Assembly: GCA_037439545.1 (NCBI GenBank)
Contig: JBBIVV010000001.1
Coordinates: 32,001-96,000 of the forward strand
Source of the DNA: a bacterium
GTDB lineage: Bacteria; JAMCPX01
DNA: 64,000 nucleotides
Reading direction: 5' to 3'
Under the pieces are notes generated by a model. The model made no database searches, was not told where the DNA came from, and saw only the letters and a program-made list of their open reading frames with translations. Both the position numbers and the translations under genes were made by a program. Below are positions 39,009-48,364 of the stretch, piece by piece (the first letter of the stretch is position 1; every line of letters begins with the position of its first letter).

Positions 39009-40211
39009 ATGTTTGAGAATCTATCGGATAATGCAAAACTTTATTTAAAAGAATCAGTGCCGGCGCAGCTCGTGTCTGCTGTTGTAAGGGGCTTGGTGCC
39101 GCTTGAGCCGAAGGAACTGCTGATAGTGATTGCCTATCATTATGTGAATGGTAACGATCAGATAAAAGCTGATGCAGTAAATACCCTTAAATCTCTTCCA
39201 TCCAACATTATCGACACCGTGGTCGGAGGCGATGTGCCTGATTTTGTCCTTGGATTCATATATCACAACAGCACACTATCACAGACTGCCGTTTATCCTT
39301 TTATAACAAACAAGAATCTTTCGGATGACATGTTTATAGAACTTGCGCGCAGCGATAATGAAGCAATTCTTGAACTTATTGCAAAGAACCAGATGAGGAT
39401 CCTGAAGAATGACAAGATATTCGATACAATCATTACGAATCCACATTTACCGAAGATATTGAGGGACCAACTCATGGAGTTTTTTGCGACCTTGGCAAGT
39501 AAACAGCTGAGGAAGCTCAATATTAAAATAGAAAAAAAAGATGTCCGGCAGCCTGATAAAACAAAAGACCTTCCTTCATCTGTAATCAATCCTGCAGGTT
39601 TGCCCTCTGATCTAAAATCATCTGATCTTCCTTCTGACATGCAGGGGCAGGGACTCCCTTCAAATGTTGCCATGCTTCCTTCAAACGTACTTTCAGGCTT
39701 ACCGTCCGATGCGCTCGATAACCTGCCGGTCAACCTTATGATGGAAGGGCTTCCGTCAGAATTAATACAGGATGAAGCCGTTCAGATCGAAGATGAAGGT
39801 GTCAAATTGACACTTTTTCAACATATACAAAAGATGACTGTTTCCCAGAAGATAAAGCTTGCTTTGCTCGGAAATAAAGAGGCCCGCACGATACTTTTCA
39901 GAGACTCCAACAGGATCGTTATTGAGTCGGTCATGAAGAGTCCCCGCATAACTGACGGTGAAATACTTGGTATCGCAAATTCACGGAGTGTAAGCGAAGA
40001 CATTGTCAGGATAATTGCCGCGAACAGAGAATGGCAGAAAAATTACAGAGTTCGCCAGGCACTTGCCGGCAATCCGAAAACTCCTGTGCCCATTGCGTTG
40101 AAATTGCTTGAAACTATATCAAAACAGGATTTAAAGAGTCTCAGTAACAGCAAAAATATTTCTTCGGTTATTGCTACGACAGCAAAACGAATGATAGGAG
40201 ATGTGAAATAA
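39009..40211 (+). CDS. Conserved helical-repeat hypothetical protein with internal LPS[D/N] repeats
   Basis: KMTVSQKIKLALLGNKEARTIL..D..NPKTP block typical of deltaproteobacterial hypotheticals. Confidence 0.7.
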   Translation: MFENLSDNAKLYLKESVPAQLVSAVVRGLVPLEPKELLIVIAYHYVNGNDQIKADAVNTLKSLPSNIIDTVVGGDVPDFVLGFIYHNSTLSQTAVYPFITNKNLSDDMFIELARSDNEAILELIAKNQMRILKNDKIFDTIITNPHLPKILRDQLMEFFATLASKQLRKLNIKIEKKDVRQPDKTKDLPSSVINPAGLPSDLKSSDLPSDMQGQGLPSNVAMLPSNVLSGLPSDALDNLPVNLMMEGLPSELIQDEAVQIEDEGVKLTLFQHIQKMTVSQKIKLALLGNKEARTILFRDSNRIVIESVMKSPRITDGEILGIANSRSVSEDIVRIIAANREWQKNYRVRQALAGNPKTPVPIALKLLETISKQDLKSLSNSKNISSVIATTAKRMIGDVK

Positions 40212-41104
40212 TGGCTTTATTAAACTCGAACAAGAAAGAGATCAATGCTAAGATCGTATATTATGGCCCCGGACTCTCAGGTAAAACTACCAATATACAG
40301 TTTATCTATAAAAAATTAAAACCTGAACACAAGGGAAAGCTCATGACACTTGCAACACAAACGGACAGGACACTTTTTTTTGATTTTCTGCCTGTCGAAC
40401 TCGGTGAGATAAAAGGTATGAAGATAAGGTTCCAGCTGTACACCGTTCCCGGACAGGTATTCTACAACGCGACTAGAAAACTTGTCCTGAAAAATGTCGA
40501 CGGAGTGGTGTTTGTAGCGAGTGCAGAAAAAGATAAAATGTACGACAATCTTGAAAGTTTCAAAAATCTTGAAGAAAATATCCAGCATTACGGCAGATCA
40601 TTGAACGATATTCCATTTGTGCTCCAGTATAATAAGATGGATCTCCCGAATATTCTTACCGTAGGAGAATTACAAAAGGAATTGAACAAACTCACGGTCC
40701 CTTACTATGAAGCATCGGCAAGCAGCGGTGCAGGTGTCCTGCAAACACTGACCGGTATAACTAAATTGGTCGTTCACAGATTGAAAGCGCAAACATCAAT
40801 AGCAGATGCCGACAGGATGGATCAGGACAGTGAGGTAAAAGAAATCCAGATAGAACAGCAGCCTGTATCTCCAACCCAGAAACCTGCCGCAGAACCATTG
40901 AAGCAGACAACGAATACAACGGTAAAACAGCCTGCAGTGCAGTCCCAGCTTAAACACGCAGTACAGAGCCAGATTAATAAATTTCTAAATGTTCTTGAAG
41001 TCGGAAAGCCGGAAGTAATGAGCGGTAATACTATCATTGTTCCCGTTGTTGCAGTAGACGAGGATAAGGTGCACTACGAATTGAAAGTAACGATAAAGTT
41101 CTGA
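40211..41104 (+). CDS. mglA: MglA-family small GTPase with C-terminal extension
   Basis: KIVYYGPGLSGKTTN, DRTLFFDFLP, LYTVPGQVFY, QYNKMD. Confidence 0.9.
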   Translation: MALLNSNKKEINAKIVYYGPGLSGKTTNIQFIYKKLKPEHKGKLMTLATQTDRTLFFDFLPVELGEIKGMKIRFQLYTVPGQVFYNATRKLVLKNVDGVVFVASAEKDKMYDNLESFKNLEENIQHYGRSLNDIPFVLQYNKMDLPNILTVGELQKELNKLTVPYYEASASSGAGVLQTLTGITKLVVHRLKAQTSIADADRMDQDSEVKEIQIEQQPVSPTQKPAAEPLKQTTNTTVKQPAVQSQLKHAVQSQINKFLNVLEVGKPEVMSGNTIIVPVVAVDEDKVHYELKVTIKF

Positions 41105-41148
41105 TCAGAAAATGTATATGTTACGCGATGAATTTGATTATGTATGCT

Positions 41149-42021
41149 CTAAAACGGATACATGGTGAATGATATGAGCTGGTTATTATTTCTGTCGTTC
41201 CCCACATCACCTACGAATGTATATGCAAGAGTAAACCTCGGACCATACCATGCAACACCTGCCGAATAGTTCTTGGTGTTGGTCGTTTCCAGCCATGCAT
41301 AGCCTCCGCGAACCGCTATTTGATTGATAAAAACGACTTCCCCGCCTGTATGATAATCAATGTTCTTGCCCGTTTTAATATCAAGATTCTTTATAGCATC
41401 AAAAGCAAGCGTAAGGACGCTATGGAGCAGAATTGAAATCCCCGCATCAACAAGCCTGGGCGGAAGTTGTTCCGGGTGGCCTTTTATCTTTGTCAGATTA
41501 AGACCAGCCAATGAAATATTGAGAAACGGGAGGTCGGGTGATAGAATAATACCATATCCGAGCGTTCCTGAATCTCCTGAAAGGCCCTGAGTAAATTGAT
41601 CCATTCTGCCGGTAACTCCGGCACTGAATATACCGGGATCTCCCAATGATAAAGCAAGAGCATACGTGTTTCTCTGTATCTTTAATGAAGAGAGCTTGTA
41701 GCTATCCATATAATAACCGAATCCTGCACCGAGTGAGGATGTAACACTGTCAACAATGGTGAAGTCAAGCCTGTTTTCAGTGTTCGGATTGTTGTATAAA
41801 TAAAGGATGTCGGCACCGTATCGGGCTTTTGCGCTTATACCTGCGGGGTTCAAAAGGATCGCTCCGTTGTCGGTTGCAACTGCGCCATAGGCACCGCCCA
41901 TACCCGCAGACCCCGGAGTCGTAGAATTGAGGAGTGAATCGGCATAAGAAAATGATGTCGTAAACAGAATAGTCGCTATTACAGATACTGCAAGACGAGT
42001 CCTTTTAGATGTGCGTTTCAA
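41149..42021 (-). CDS. Outer-membrane beta-barrel protein (PorV/FadL-like)
   Basis: Signal peptide, SAGMGGAYGAVA..NPAG N-terminal motif, C-terminal Phe. Confidence 0.65.
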   Translation of the reverse strand: MKRTSKRTRLAVSVIATILFTTSFSYADSLLNSTTPGSAGMGGAYGAVATDNGAILLNPAGISAKARYGADILYLYNNPNTENRLDFTIVDSVTSSLGAGFGYYMDSYKLSSLKIQRNTYALALSLGDPGIFSAGVTGRMDQFTQGLSGDSGTLGYGIILSPDLPFLNISLAGLNLTKIKGHPEQLPPRLVDAGISILLHSVLTLAFDAIKNLDIKTGKNIDYHTGGEVVFINQIAVRGGYAWLETTNTKNYSAGVAWYGPRFTLAYTFVGDVGNDRNNNQLISFTMYPF

Positions 42022-42473
42022 GACTTTCCGGCCACTGTTTTTAGAAGCTTGTATGTATAGGTAATGCGGGCTGCTTTACCTAACATTGCAGATGCCGAAC
42101 AAAATTTGTCCTGTGAAAGTTCTATGGCTCTCCTGACATCTCCGTCTTCCATGTCACCTTCAATTATATATTCGAGGTTTATTTTTGTGTAAATCTTCGG
42201 GTGATCAGAGGCTCTCTCGGCATCGATGTTCAATTTGAAATGTTGAATATGCTTCCTCATTTTTTTTAGAATCGAAACGACGTCCATTCCCGTGCATCCA
42301 CCGAGACCTATGAGCAAAAGCTCCATGGGCCTCGCTCCTGTATCGGCACCATCGTGAATTTTTTCTGCATCCATAACGACCGTATGCCCGGAGTTAGGAA
42401 TGCCTTCGAAACGCATTCCATCCTTCCATATGATTTCAATTTTCGGTTGTGTTCCTTGTTCTATTTTTGACAT
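42018..42473 (-). CDS. OsmC/YhfA family protein
   Basis: GARPMELLLIGLGGCTGMDV, AIELSQDKFCSAS. Confidence 0.92.
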   Translation of the reverse strand: MSKIEQGTQPKIEIIWKDGMRFEGIPNSGHTVVMDAEKIHDGADTGARPMELLLIGLGGCTGMDVVSILKKMRKHIQHFKLNIDAERASDHPKIYTKINLEYIIEGDMEDGDVRRAIELSQDKFCSASAMLGKAARITYTYKLLKTVAGKS

Positions 42474-42474
42474 A

Positions 42475-43827
42475 TTATACTTTTTTTGTAGCATCATTTG
42501 CCGCAATAAGCAATGGATCCCACACCGGAGAAAAAGGAGGTGCATAGCTGAGATCGAGTCTGGATAAATCATCGATTGTCATACCTTTGTACAATCCGGC
42601 AACGATAATGTCTATTCTTTTTGAAACACCTTCGCCTCCGACCATCTGTGCTCCCAATAGTTTCCCGCTCTTTTTCTCAAAAACAAGTTTTATGGTGATA
42701 GGTTTTGAACCGGGATAATAATGTGCCCGTGTTTTTGATGTAATAGTTGCTGAAACGGCATTGAATCTATGATCGATGGCTTCTTTTTCCGTTAAGCCTG
42801 TTTTTGCGACTTCAAGATCGAATATTTTTACGACCGCTGTGCCTGCGACTCCTTTGAATATTTCATTTGCTCCGGCAATGTTTGCGCCTGCAATCTTGCC
42901 TTGCTTATTGGCTGTCGTTCCCATGGGGATGAAGAGATCTTTTTTCAAGATTATGTGTTTTGCAGTTGCACAGTCTCCCGCCGAATATATGTGCGGTATA
43001 TTCGTTTCCATTCTTTCGTTCACAAGTATTGCATCATGCGCACCTGTTATAATACCGGCATTCTTTGCAATTCCTGAGTTCGGCTTGACACCGATGCCCA
43101 GTATAACCATATCAACATCAAAACTGCCGGTTGTCGTATCTATTCTTATAAGCCCGCTGTCTTTTCTGTCGAAAGATTTGACCTCCGTAGATTTGAGTAT
43201 CTTTACACCGTTGCTTTCAAGCGTTTTTTCAACAACCGATGTGATCTCGTCATCCATGGTGCCGAGTATATTCGGAAGTTTCTCTATAATGATAACTTCA
43301 AATCCAAGTACTTTGAGTGACTCTGCCATTTCCATGCCGATATAACCTGCTCCAATAATGGCTGTTCTCTTTACAGGATTGGATTTTATATAGCCTTTGA
43401 TGGCAATACCATCATCAAGCGTTCTGATCTGCAGGATTGCAGGGTTATCAATACCCGGGATGGAAGGCTTTATTGCTGAAGCACCGGTGGTAATAGCAAG
43501 GTAGTCATACGGAAATACCACATCTTTTTTTACGTTATGGTCTATAGCGTACACGTTTCCCTCTTTGGAATCTATACTGATGACCTCAATTTTTGTTACT
43601 ACATCAATGTCGCGGTCCGACTTGAATTTCTCTTTTGTAATAGCAATAAGATCCGTATGCTTCTTCACCTGGTCCGTTATATAATAAGGCAGGCCGCATG
43701 AACCGTAGGAAATAAATTCTGTTTTTTCAATCGCTATAACATTCAGTGATGGCTTTCTTCTCTTTGCCTGGCTCGCTGCACTCATTCCTGCTGCAACGCC
43801 GCCAACAATAACAACATGTTCGGGCAT
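42475..43827 (-). CDS. CoA-disulfide reductase / NADH oxidase family flavoprotein
   Basis: VGGVAAGMSAA, SYGSCGLPYY active-site Cys, IGAGYIGMEMAE, LSYAPPFS. Confidence 0.92.
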   Translation of the reverse strand: MPEHVVIVGGVAAGMSAASQAKRRKPSLNVIAIEKTEFISYGSCGLPYYITDQVKKHTDLIAITKEKFKSDRDIDVVTKIEVISIDSKEGNVYAIDHNVKKDVVFPYDYLAITTGASAIKPSIPGIDNPAILQIRTLDDGIAIKGYIKSNPVKRTAIIGAGYIGMEMAESLKVLGFEVIIIEKLPNILGTMDDEITSVVEKTLESNGVKILKSTEVKSFDRKDSGLIRIDTTTGSFDVDMVILGIGVKPNSGIAKNAGIITGAHDAILVNERMETNIPHIYSAGDCATAKHIILKKDLFIPMGTTANKQGKIAGANIAGANEIFKGVAGTAVVKIFDLEVAKTGLTEKEAIDHRFNAVSATITSKTRAHYYPGSKPITIKLVFEKKSGKLLGAQMVGGEGVSKRIDIIVAGLYKGMTIDDLSRLDLSYAPPFSPVWDPLLIAANDATKKV

Positions 43828-43894
43828 ATAGTAACTCTCCTTCAAGGGTGGGCAGAGAACCCCTCCCGCTCCTCAATAAAAATATCTATCTTTA

Positions 43895-44542
43895 TCAGTG
43901 TTGCTCAAGCGCTGAAAGGACGCTGTCTATAAATTGATCCTCAGGCAGTGATCCTACGAACTCCACGTGGTCATTTACAACGGTTTTTGGAACTGATTGT
44001 ACACTATACTTATTACTTACATCGGGAAACTCTGTTGCTTCAACCATATCTGCAGTGACAAATTCGTTCTCTATCGCTATCTTGTGCGCTGTTCTGACTG
44101 CCTTTGAACAATAGGGACAGCTCGGTGTGACGAAAACCTGTATCCTTACGGGCTTGTTTATTGTTTTAAGCTTAGTTTTTGAGTCCTCCGACAGGTTGGT
44201 TACGCCTTCAGACACGTCCATAATATCTTCTATAACCGAGGCAAACTCATAACCAGCGGGAATGCCGTAATATCTAATGCCGTAGTCCTTCGTACCTTCT
44301 ATGATAAGAGCAGGAAACTTGTCTATCTTATAGTGGTCCTTTTTATCGCTTTGAGCGGCATAGTCATATTGTTCTACTTTTATTTTTGATGAAAGCGAAG
44401 CGAGTTCATCCACGAGCATTTTTTCATCATTACAGTACGTGCAGTCCTGTTCCTGGGTGAATAGGATCAATTTTACATCATTCTTTAGTTTTAAAAACTC
44501 GTTTTTTAAATACTCTCTGTCTTTATCCTGCAGTAACGCCAT
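43895..44542 (-). CDS. Protein disulfide oxidoreductase (PDO, two thioredoxin folds)
   Basis: CTYC and CPYC, YYGIPAGYEF, VQSVPK. Confidence 0.92.
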   Translation of the reverse strand: MALLQDKDREYLKNEFLKLKNDVKLILFTQEQDCTYCNDEKMLVDELASLSSKIKVEQYDYAAQSDKKDHYKIDKFPALIIEGTKDYGIRYYGIPAGYEFASVIEDIMDVSEGVTNLSEDSKTKLKTINKPVRIQVFVTPSCPYCSKAVRTAHKIAIENEFVTADMVEATEFPDVSNKYSVQSVPKTVVNDHVEFVGSLPEDQFIDSVLSALEQH

Positions 44543-44554
44543 GTTACCTCCATT

Positions 44555-45538
44555 TTATTTTTTTATCAATCCTCTATTTTCAATATACCTTTGCACTGCA
44601 GCTCCTGCCGTAGCTCCATCTCCGACTGCGGTCGAAACCTGTCTCACTGTCTTTGCCCTTATGTCTCCTGCAGCAAATATACCTGACAGGTTAGTTTCCA
44701 TTTCAGGTGTAGTAATTATATGGCCGCTTTCGTTCAGTGTTACAATATTTTTCACAAAGGATGTGTTCGGTTTCGTTCCGATAAAAATAAATACCCCGGC
44801 TATTTTCTTTATGGCAGTAACACCGGTTTTAACATTCTTTATATCGGCTTCTTCCACGGTTTTTGTGCCTCTGATCTCTGTAACGACAGAATCCCATATA
44901 AATTCTATCGCCGGTATACTGAACGCTTTTTCCTGGAGTATTTTTTCAGCCCTCAGTTTGTCCCTGCGATGGACGATGAAGAGTTTTTTTACAAAGCGGG
45001 TAAGGAATATGGCATCACCTATTGCAGTGTCACCTCCTCCGATAAGTACTATCTCTTTACCTCTAAAAAATGCACCATCGCACTGGGCACAGTATGAAAC
45101 GCCGCGCCCCGTGAACTGTTTCTCGCCTTTTACGTCCAATTTAACGTTTTCTGTTCCCGCCGCTATGATAACGGCCTTCGCGGCGATTTTACGGCCATCG
45201 GTGGTATTTACAATCCTGTCATCACCTTCGATACCTATGCTTTGTGCGCCGGTTTCGCAGATTTCGACTCCGAATGACCTGGCCTGTTCTTCCATTGCAG
45301 AGGTGAGATCAGAGCCTGAAATACCCTTTGGAAAACCGGGATAATTTTCCACAACATCGGCAACGACTATCTCTCCGCCTATGGCTTTTTCTTCGAGGAG
45401 CAGGGTTCTTAATCTTGCCCTTGCCGTATAGATGCCGGCAGTAAGGCCTGCGGGTCCGCCTCCGATTATGACACAATCATAGGAATCACATGACGGCTTT
45501 TCTTCAGCCCGGTCAATTGTTAAGTCTGATAAGAGCAT
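44555..45538 (-). CDS. trxB: Thioredoxin-disulfide reductase
   Basis: IIGGGPAGLTAG, ENYPGF, GRGVSYCAQCDG, FAAGD, AVGDG. Confidence 0.95.
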   Translation of the reverse strand: MLLSDLTIDRAEEKPSCDSYDCVIIGGGPAGLTAGIYTARARLRTLLLEEKAIGGEIVVADVVENYPGFPKGISGSDLTSAMEEQARSFGVEICETGAQSIGIEGDDRIVNTTDGRKIAAKAVIIAAGTENVKLDVKGEKQFTGRGVSYCAQCDGAFFRGKEIVLIGGGDTAIGDAIFLTRFVKKLFIVHRRDKLRAEKILQEKAFSIPAIEFIWDSVVTEIRGTKTVEEADIKNVKTGVTAIKKIAGVFIFIGTKPNTSFVKNIVTLNESGHIITTPEMETNLSGIFAAGDIRAKTVRQVSTAVGDGATAGAAVQRYIENRGLIKK

Positions 45539-45896
45539 TATCTATAAACCTTTCGTATTCCGATACCTTTGCTGCCCCGATGAGTCTTTCTACAGAGTTG
45601 CCATGATAGTATACTACAAATGTCGGAAGGCTCGTTATCTGATATGACGATGTTATGTTCTGACAAGCATCGGCATTCATCCTGTAGAATGTTATGCGAT
45701 CTTTATATTTGAGTGCAAGTTTCTCCACGATAGGTTTTACACTATGGCAAGCAGCACACCAATCTGCCCAGAAGTCAACGATAACAGGCTTATTGGACTT
45801 CAGTACAAGGCTGTAGAATTCTTCACAGTTTATATTGGCGAGTACTACAGAACCTGTCTCTCTGTTTTTTTCTTTTATTATCTCGGGTTTAACCAT
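45513..45896 (-). CDS. Thioredoxin-like protein
   Basis: VDFWADWCAAC, ITSLPT. Confidence 0.88.
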   Translation of the reverse strand: MVKPEIIKEKNRETGSVVLANINCEEFYSLVLKSNKPVIVDFWADWCAACHSVKPIVEKLALKYKDRITFYRMNADACQNITSSYQITSLPTFVVYYHGNSVERLIGAAKVSEYERFIDNALIRLNN

Positions 45897-45911
45897 GGTA
45901 TGGAGATGCTC

Positions 45912-46238
45912 TTACAGCACCTTACTTAACATTTTTTCAATGTTGGATTTCGGCACTGCTCCGACTATTTGATCCACTACCTTTCCGTCTTTAAAAAGAA
46001 TAATCGTCGGTATGCCCATTATATTGTACTGGGTCGGCGTACGCGGGTTCTCGTCGGTGTTCAGCCTGCCGAACTTTATTTTTGTATCGTACTGTTCCGA
46101 TAATGCCTTAAAAGAAGGTTCAATCATCTTGCATGGCATACACCAGTCAGCCCAGAAGTCTATGGCGACCGGTTTGTCCGACTTCATTACCTCTTTGTCA
46201 AAATTGTCATCTGTTACAATGAACATTTTCTCACTCAT
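45912..46238 (-). CDS. trxA: Thioredoxin
   Basis: IDFWADWCMPCKM, IMGIPT, FKDGK; AGGAGG SD. Confidence 0.93.
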   Translation of the reverse strand: MSEKMFIVTDDNFDKEVMKSDKPVAIDFWADWCMPCKMIEPSFKALSEQYDTKIKFGRLNTDENPRTPTQYNIMGIPTIILFKDGKVVDQIVGAVPKSNIEKMLSKVL

Positions 46239-46298
46239 ATCTCAATCCTCCTGCTGTATAGTACAGCATATTTACTTTCAGAAATTCCTTTACTTACC

Positions 46299-46323
46299 GT
46301 AAGACGGGCATCCTGCCCGCCAC
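46299..46323. repeat. Single REP-like palindrome
   Basis: CGGGCA-TCC-TGCCCG stem; preceded by GTGG on the minus strand. Confidence 0.35.
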
Positions 46324-46391
46324 ATTCATAATGCCGGTCACTATGCCCCGCCTGCACTTGAATGTTTTGCCCATAATTTCTTCCCATGAGC

Positions 46392-47288
46392 TTACTTGTT
46401 TTCCATGAACCATCGGTAGGTCCTTTCCACTCCGTCTTTTATATCAATCGACGGTTTCCAGCCGAGAGTTCCAGCTTTTGTATTTATTAATATATCAATT
46501 TGATCATCGTGTTTCAAGATTTCAAGCGGGATGTCCTGCTTGCCCGAAACCTGTTTGAATATATTGAACACCTCCGATACCTTTATGCCTGTTCCGGAGC
46601 TTATGTTCACCGTCTCATTGTCCCATTTTTTATCCAATGAAGAAATGAGGGCGCGTGCAGCATCATCGACATGAAGAAAATCATACAGAGAACCGGGGCT
46701 GTCATAAAGTGTTACTTTGTTCTTTTTAATTATCCCCTCAGCCATATCAAACACGGGATTGCGCTCCATTAAAGGGCCGTATAAACGTGAAAACCTCAGT
46801 ATTGTATATGAGAGGGAAAACTTATCCCTGTAAAGCCTGATCATGTTTTCGGCGTTCCATTTTGTAGAACCATAATACGTATTTTTAGGAACAGGATCCT
46901 CCTCTTTTGCATGGTCGGTCGCCTTATAAACTGCAGCAGATGATGAAAAAACAATCTTTTTAATTTTTGCCCTCCGCACCATCTCGAGTACATTGACTGT
47001 CCCAAGCACATTGACCTTGAAACAGCCGAGGGGCTCTTCCGTTGCCTTTCGTTCCGAAGAAACGCTTGCCAGGTGGAACACGTAGTCGACGTCCCTGAAA
47101 GGGTGCTCAATATCTTCAAATTTTGTAATATCACCCGGGAAAAATTTGAATAGTTTGTTATGGATTATGGGTTCAAGGGAAGGTCTTTTTGCCCGTGCGA
47201 CTCCATGCACTTCATGCCCGAGTCCGAGCAATGATTCTGCTACATGATATCCGAGCAAGCTTGTGATGCCTGTGACGCCTATCTTCAT
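46392..47288 (-). CDS. NAD-dependent epimerase/dehydratase
   Basis: TGITSLLG (degenerate Gly motif), FHLAS, SSSAAVY, YGSTK, LYGP. Confidence 0.88.
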   Translation of the reverse strand: MKIGVTGITSLLGYHVAESLLGLGHEVHGVARAKRPSLEPIIHNKLFKFFPGDITKFEDIEHPFRDVDYVFHLASVSSERKATEEPLGCFKVNVLGTVNVLEMVRRAKIKKIVFSSSAAVYKATDHAKEEDPVPKNTYYGSTKWNAENMIRLYRDKFSLSYTILRFSRLYGPLMERNPVFDMAEGIIKKNKVTLYDSPGSLYDFLHVDDAARALISSLDKKWDNETVNISSGTGIKVSEVFNIFKQVSGKQDIPLEILKHDDQIDILINTKAGTLGWKPSIDIKDGVERTYRWFMENK

Positions 47289-48244
47289 CTATTCCCCTCA
47301 TGACTTTCCAGCAGTTCTAAAACCCATGCCGCGAGAAGAGGGAACATAATCTCATGATGACCGGTGAGGGCAAATCCCTGTCCGCCTGTTTTTGTCGGTC
47401 TCTTTACGACATTCTCAAGGGGCCTATAATGCTGGATCATGTCCATATTTACGGCCGTAAAATTTTTCACCTCATAGCCTATATTCCGTGTTATCGAGAG
47501 AGCCTTCAAGAATACCTCCGGCAGGATTACTGCAGAACCTATGTTTATAATAACGCCGTTTTCAAGCATGGATACGATGGTTGCAAACTTTCTGAAGTCT
47601 ATCTCTGTTCCTTTGCCTATTGACGCACCGTCAGCCTTCGGGTGCATATGTATAATATCAGTGCCGTATGCAACGTGGACAGTGAGAGGAATACCGAGCT
47701 TGTAAGCGTTGTAGGTTATGCTCATATCTCTGTACGGCGCATCAATCGATGAGAGCATTTCCCCGGCAGCCTCGCCGATACCGATGCCCTTCGCAGAGCC
47801 CGATTGAATCGCCTCGTTCAGCAGGGAACCTGTTTCCTCTGCCATACCGAAACTGCCGTCCTTTATAGTGACGGCAACGTCCTCCGATGTCTCTCCAATC
47901 AGCGCAATCTCCGTATCGTGTATTACACCGGCACCCTGCATGGCTATTGCAGTGATGGCATTGTTTTGCATCAATTGAATGACAAGCGGCGAGAGCCCGA
48001 CCTTTATGACACTGTCGCCCATTGCAAGTATGATCTGCTTATTGTTTTTCTTAGCGGCAACGATTGCCTCTGCGGATGCCTTCAAATCCTCTGTCTTCAG
48101 TATTTTCGGCAGGCTCTCCAAAAACTGTTTTAAAGACCAGCCTTTTTTGTAAGGCAATACAAAATCCTGTACTTTAACTTTATTCTTGCGCATCTTTATT
48201 GAACTGGTTTTTACCCTTTTCAGGTCTATCGGCTCTATCTTCAT
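47285..48244 (-). CDS. Deoxyhypusine-synthase-like fold protein
   Basis: VIKVGL, IHDTEIAL, GTDIIHMHP, GSAVILPEVFLKA, GHHEIM. Confidence 0.75.
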   Translation of the reverse strand: MKIEPIDLKRVKTSSIKMRKNKVKVQDFVLPYKKGWSLKQFLESLPKILKTEDLKASAEAIVAAKKNNKQIILAMGDSVIKVGLSPLVIQLMQNNAITAIAMQGAGVIHDTEIALIGETSEDVAVTIKDGSFGMAEETGSLLNEAIQSGSAKGIGIGEAAGEMLSSIDAPYRDMSITYNAYKLGIPLTVHVAYGTDIIHMHPKADGASIGKGTEIDFRKFATIVSMLENGVIINIGSAVILPEVFLKALSITRNIGYEVKNFTAVNMDMIQHYRPLENVVKRPTKTGGQGFALTGHHEIMFPLLAAWVLELLESHEGNR

Positions 48245-48364
48245 CGAGTATATTCCTTTCTATATTTTTATAAATCTATCGCTATTCTATTCCATAATTA
48301 ACGGTTTTCTCTTTTTAAAGCTGTTTCCCTGAAGAACAGCACCCGTCTTACCGGAAAATTTCAT

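Noticed and set aside
42776..43345. 189-aa plus-strand ORF
   Set aside because: Antisense shadow of the CoA-disulfide reductase.
44439..45344. 301-aa plus-strand ORF
   Set aside because: Antisense shadow of trxB; no recognisable motifs or SD.
42018..46238. Possible selenocysteine (UGA) redox motifs in the thiol cluster
   Set aside because: All redox motifs are Cys-encoded and the ORFs are full length.
46294..46374. Short minus-strand ORF MGKTFKCRRGIVTGIMNVAGRMPVLR upstream of trxA
   Set aside because: No convincing SD or family resemblance; runs through the REP-like hairpin.
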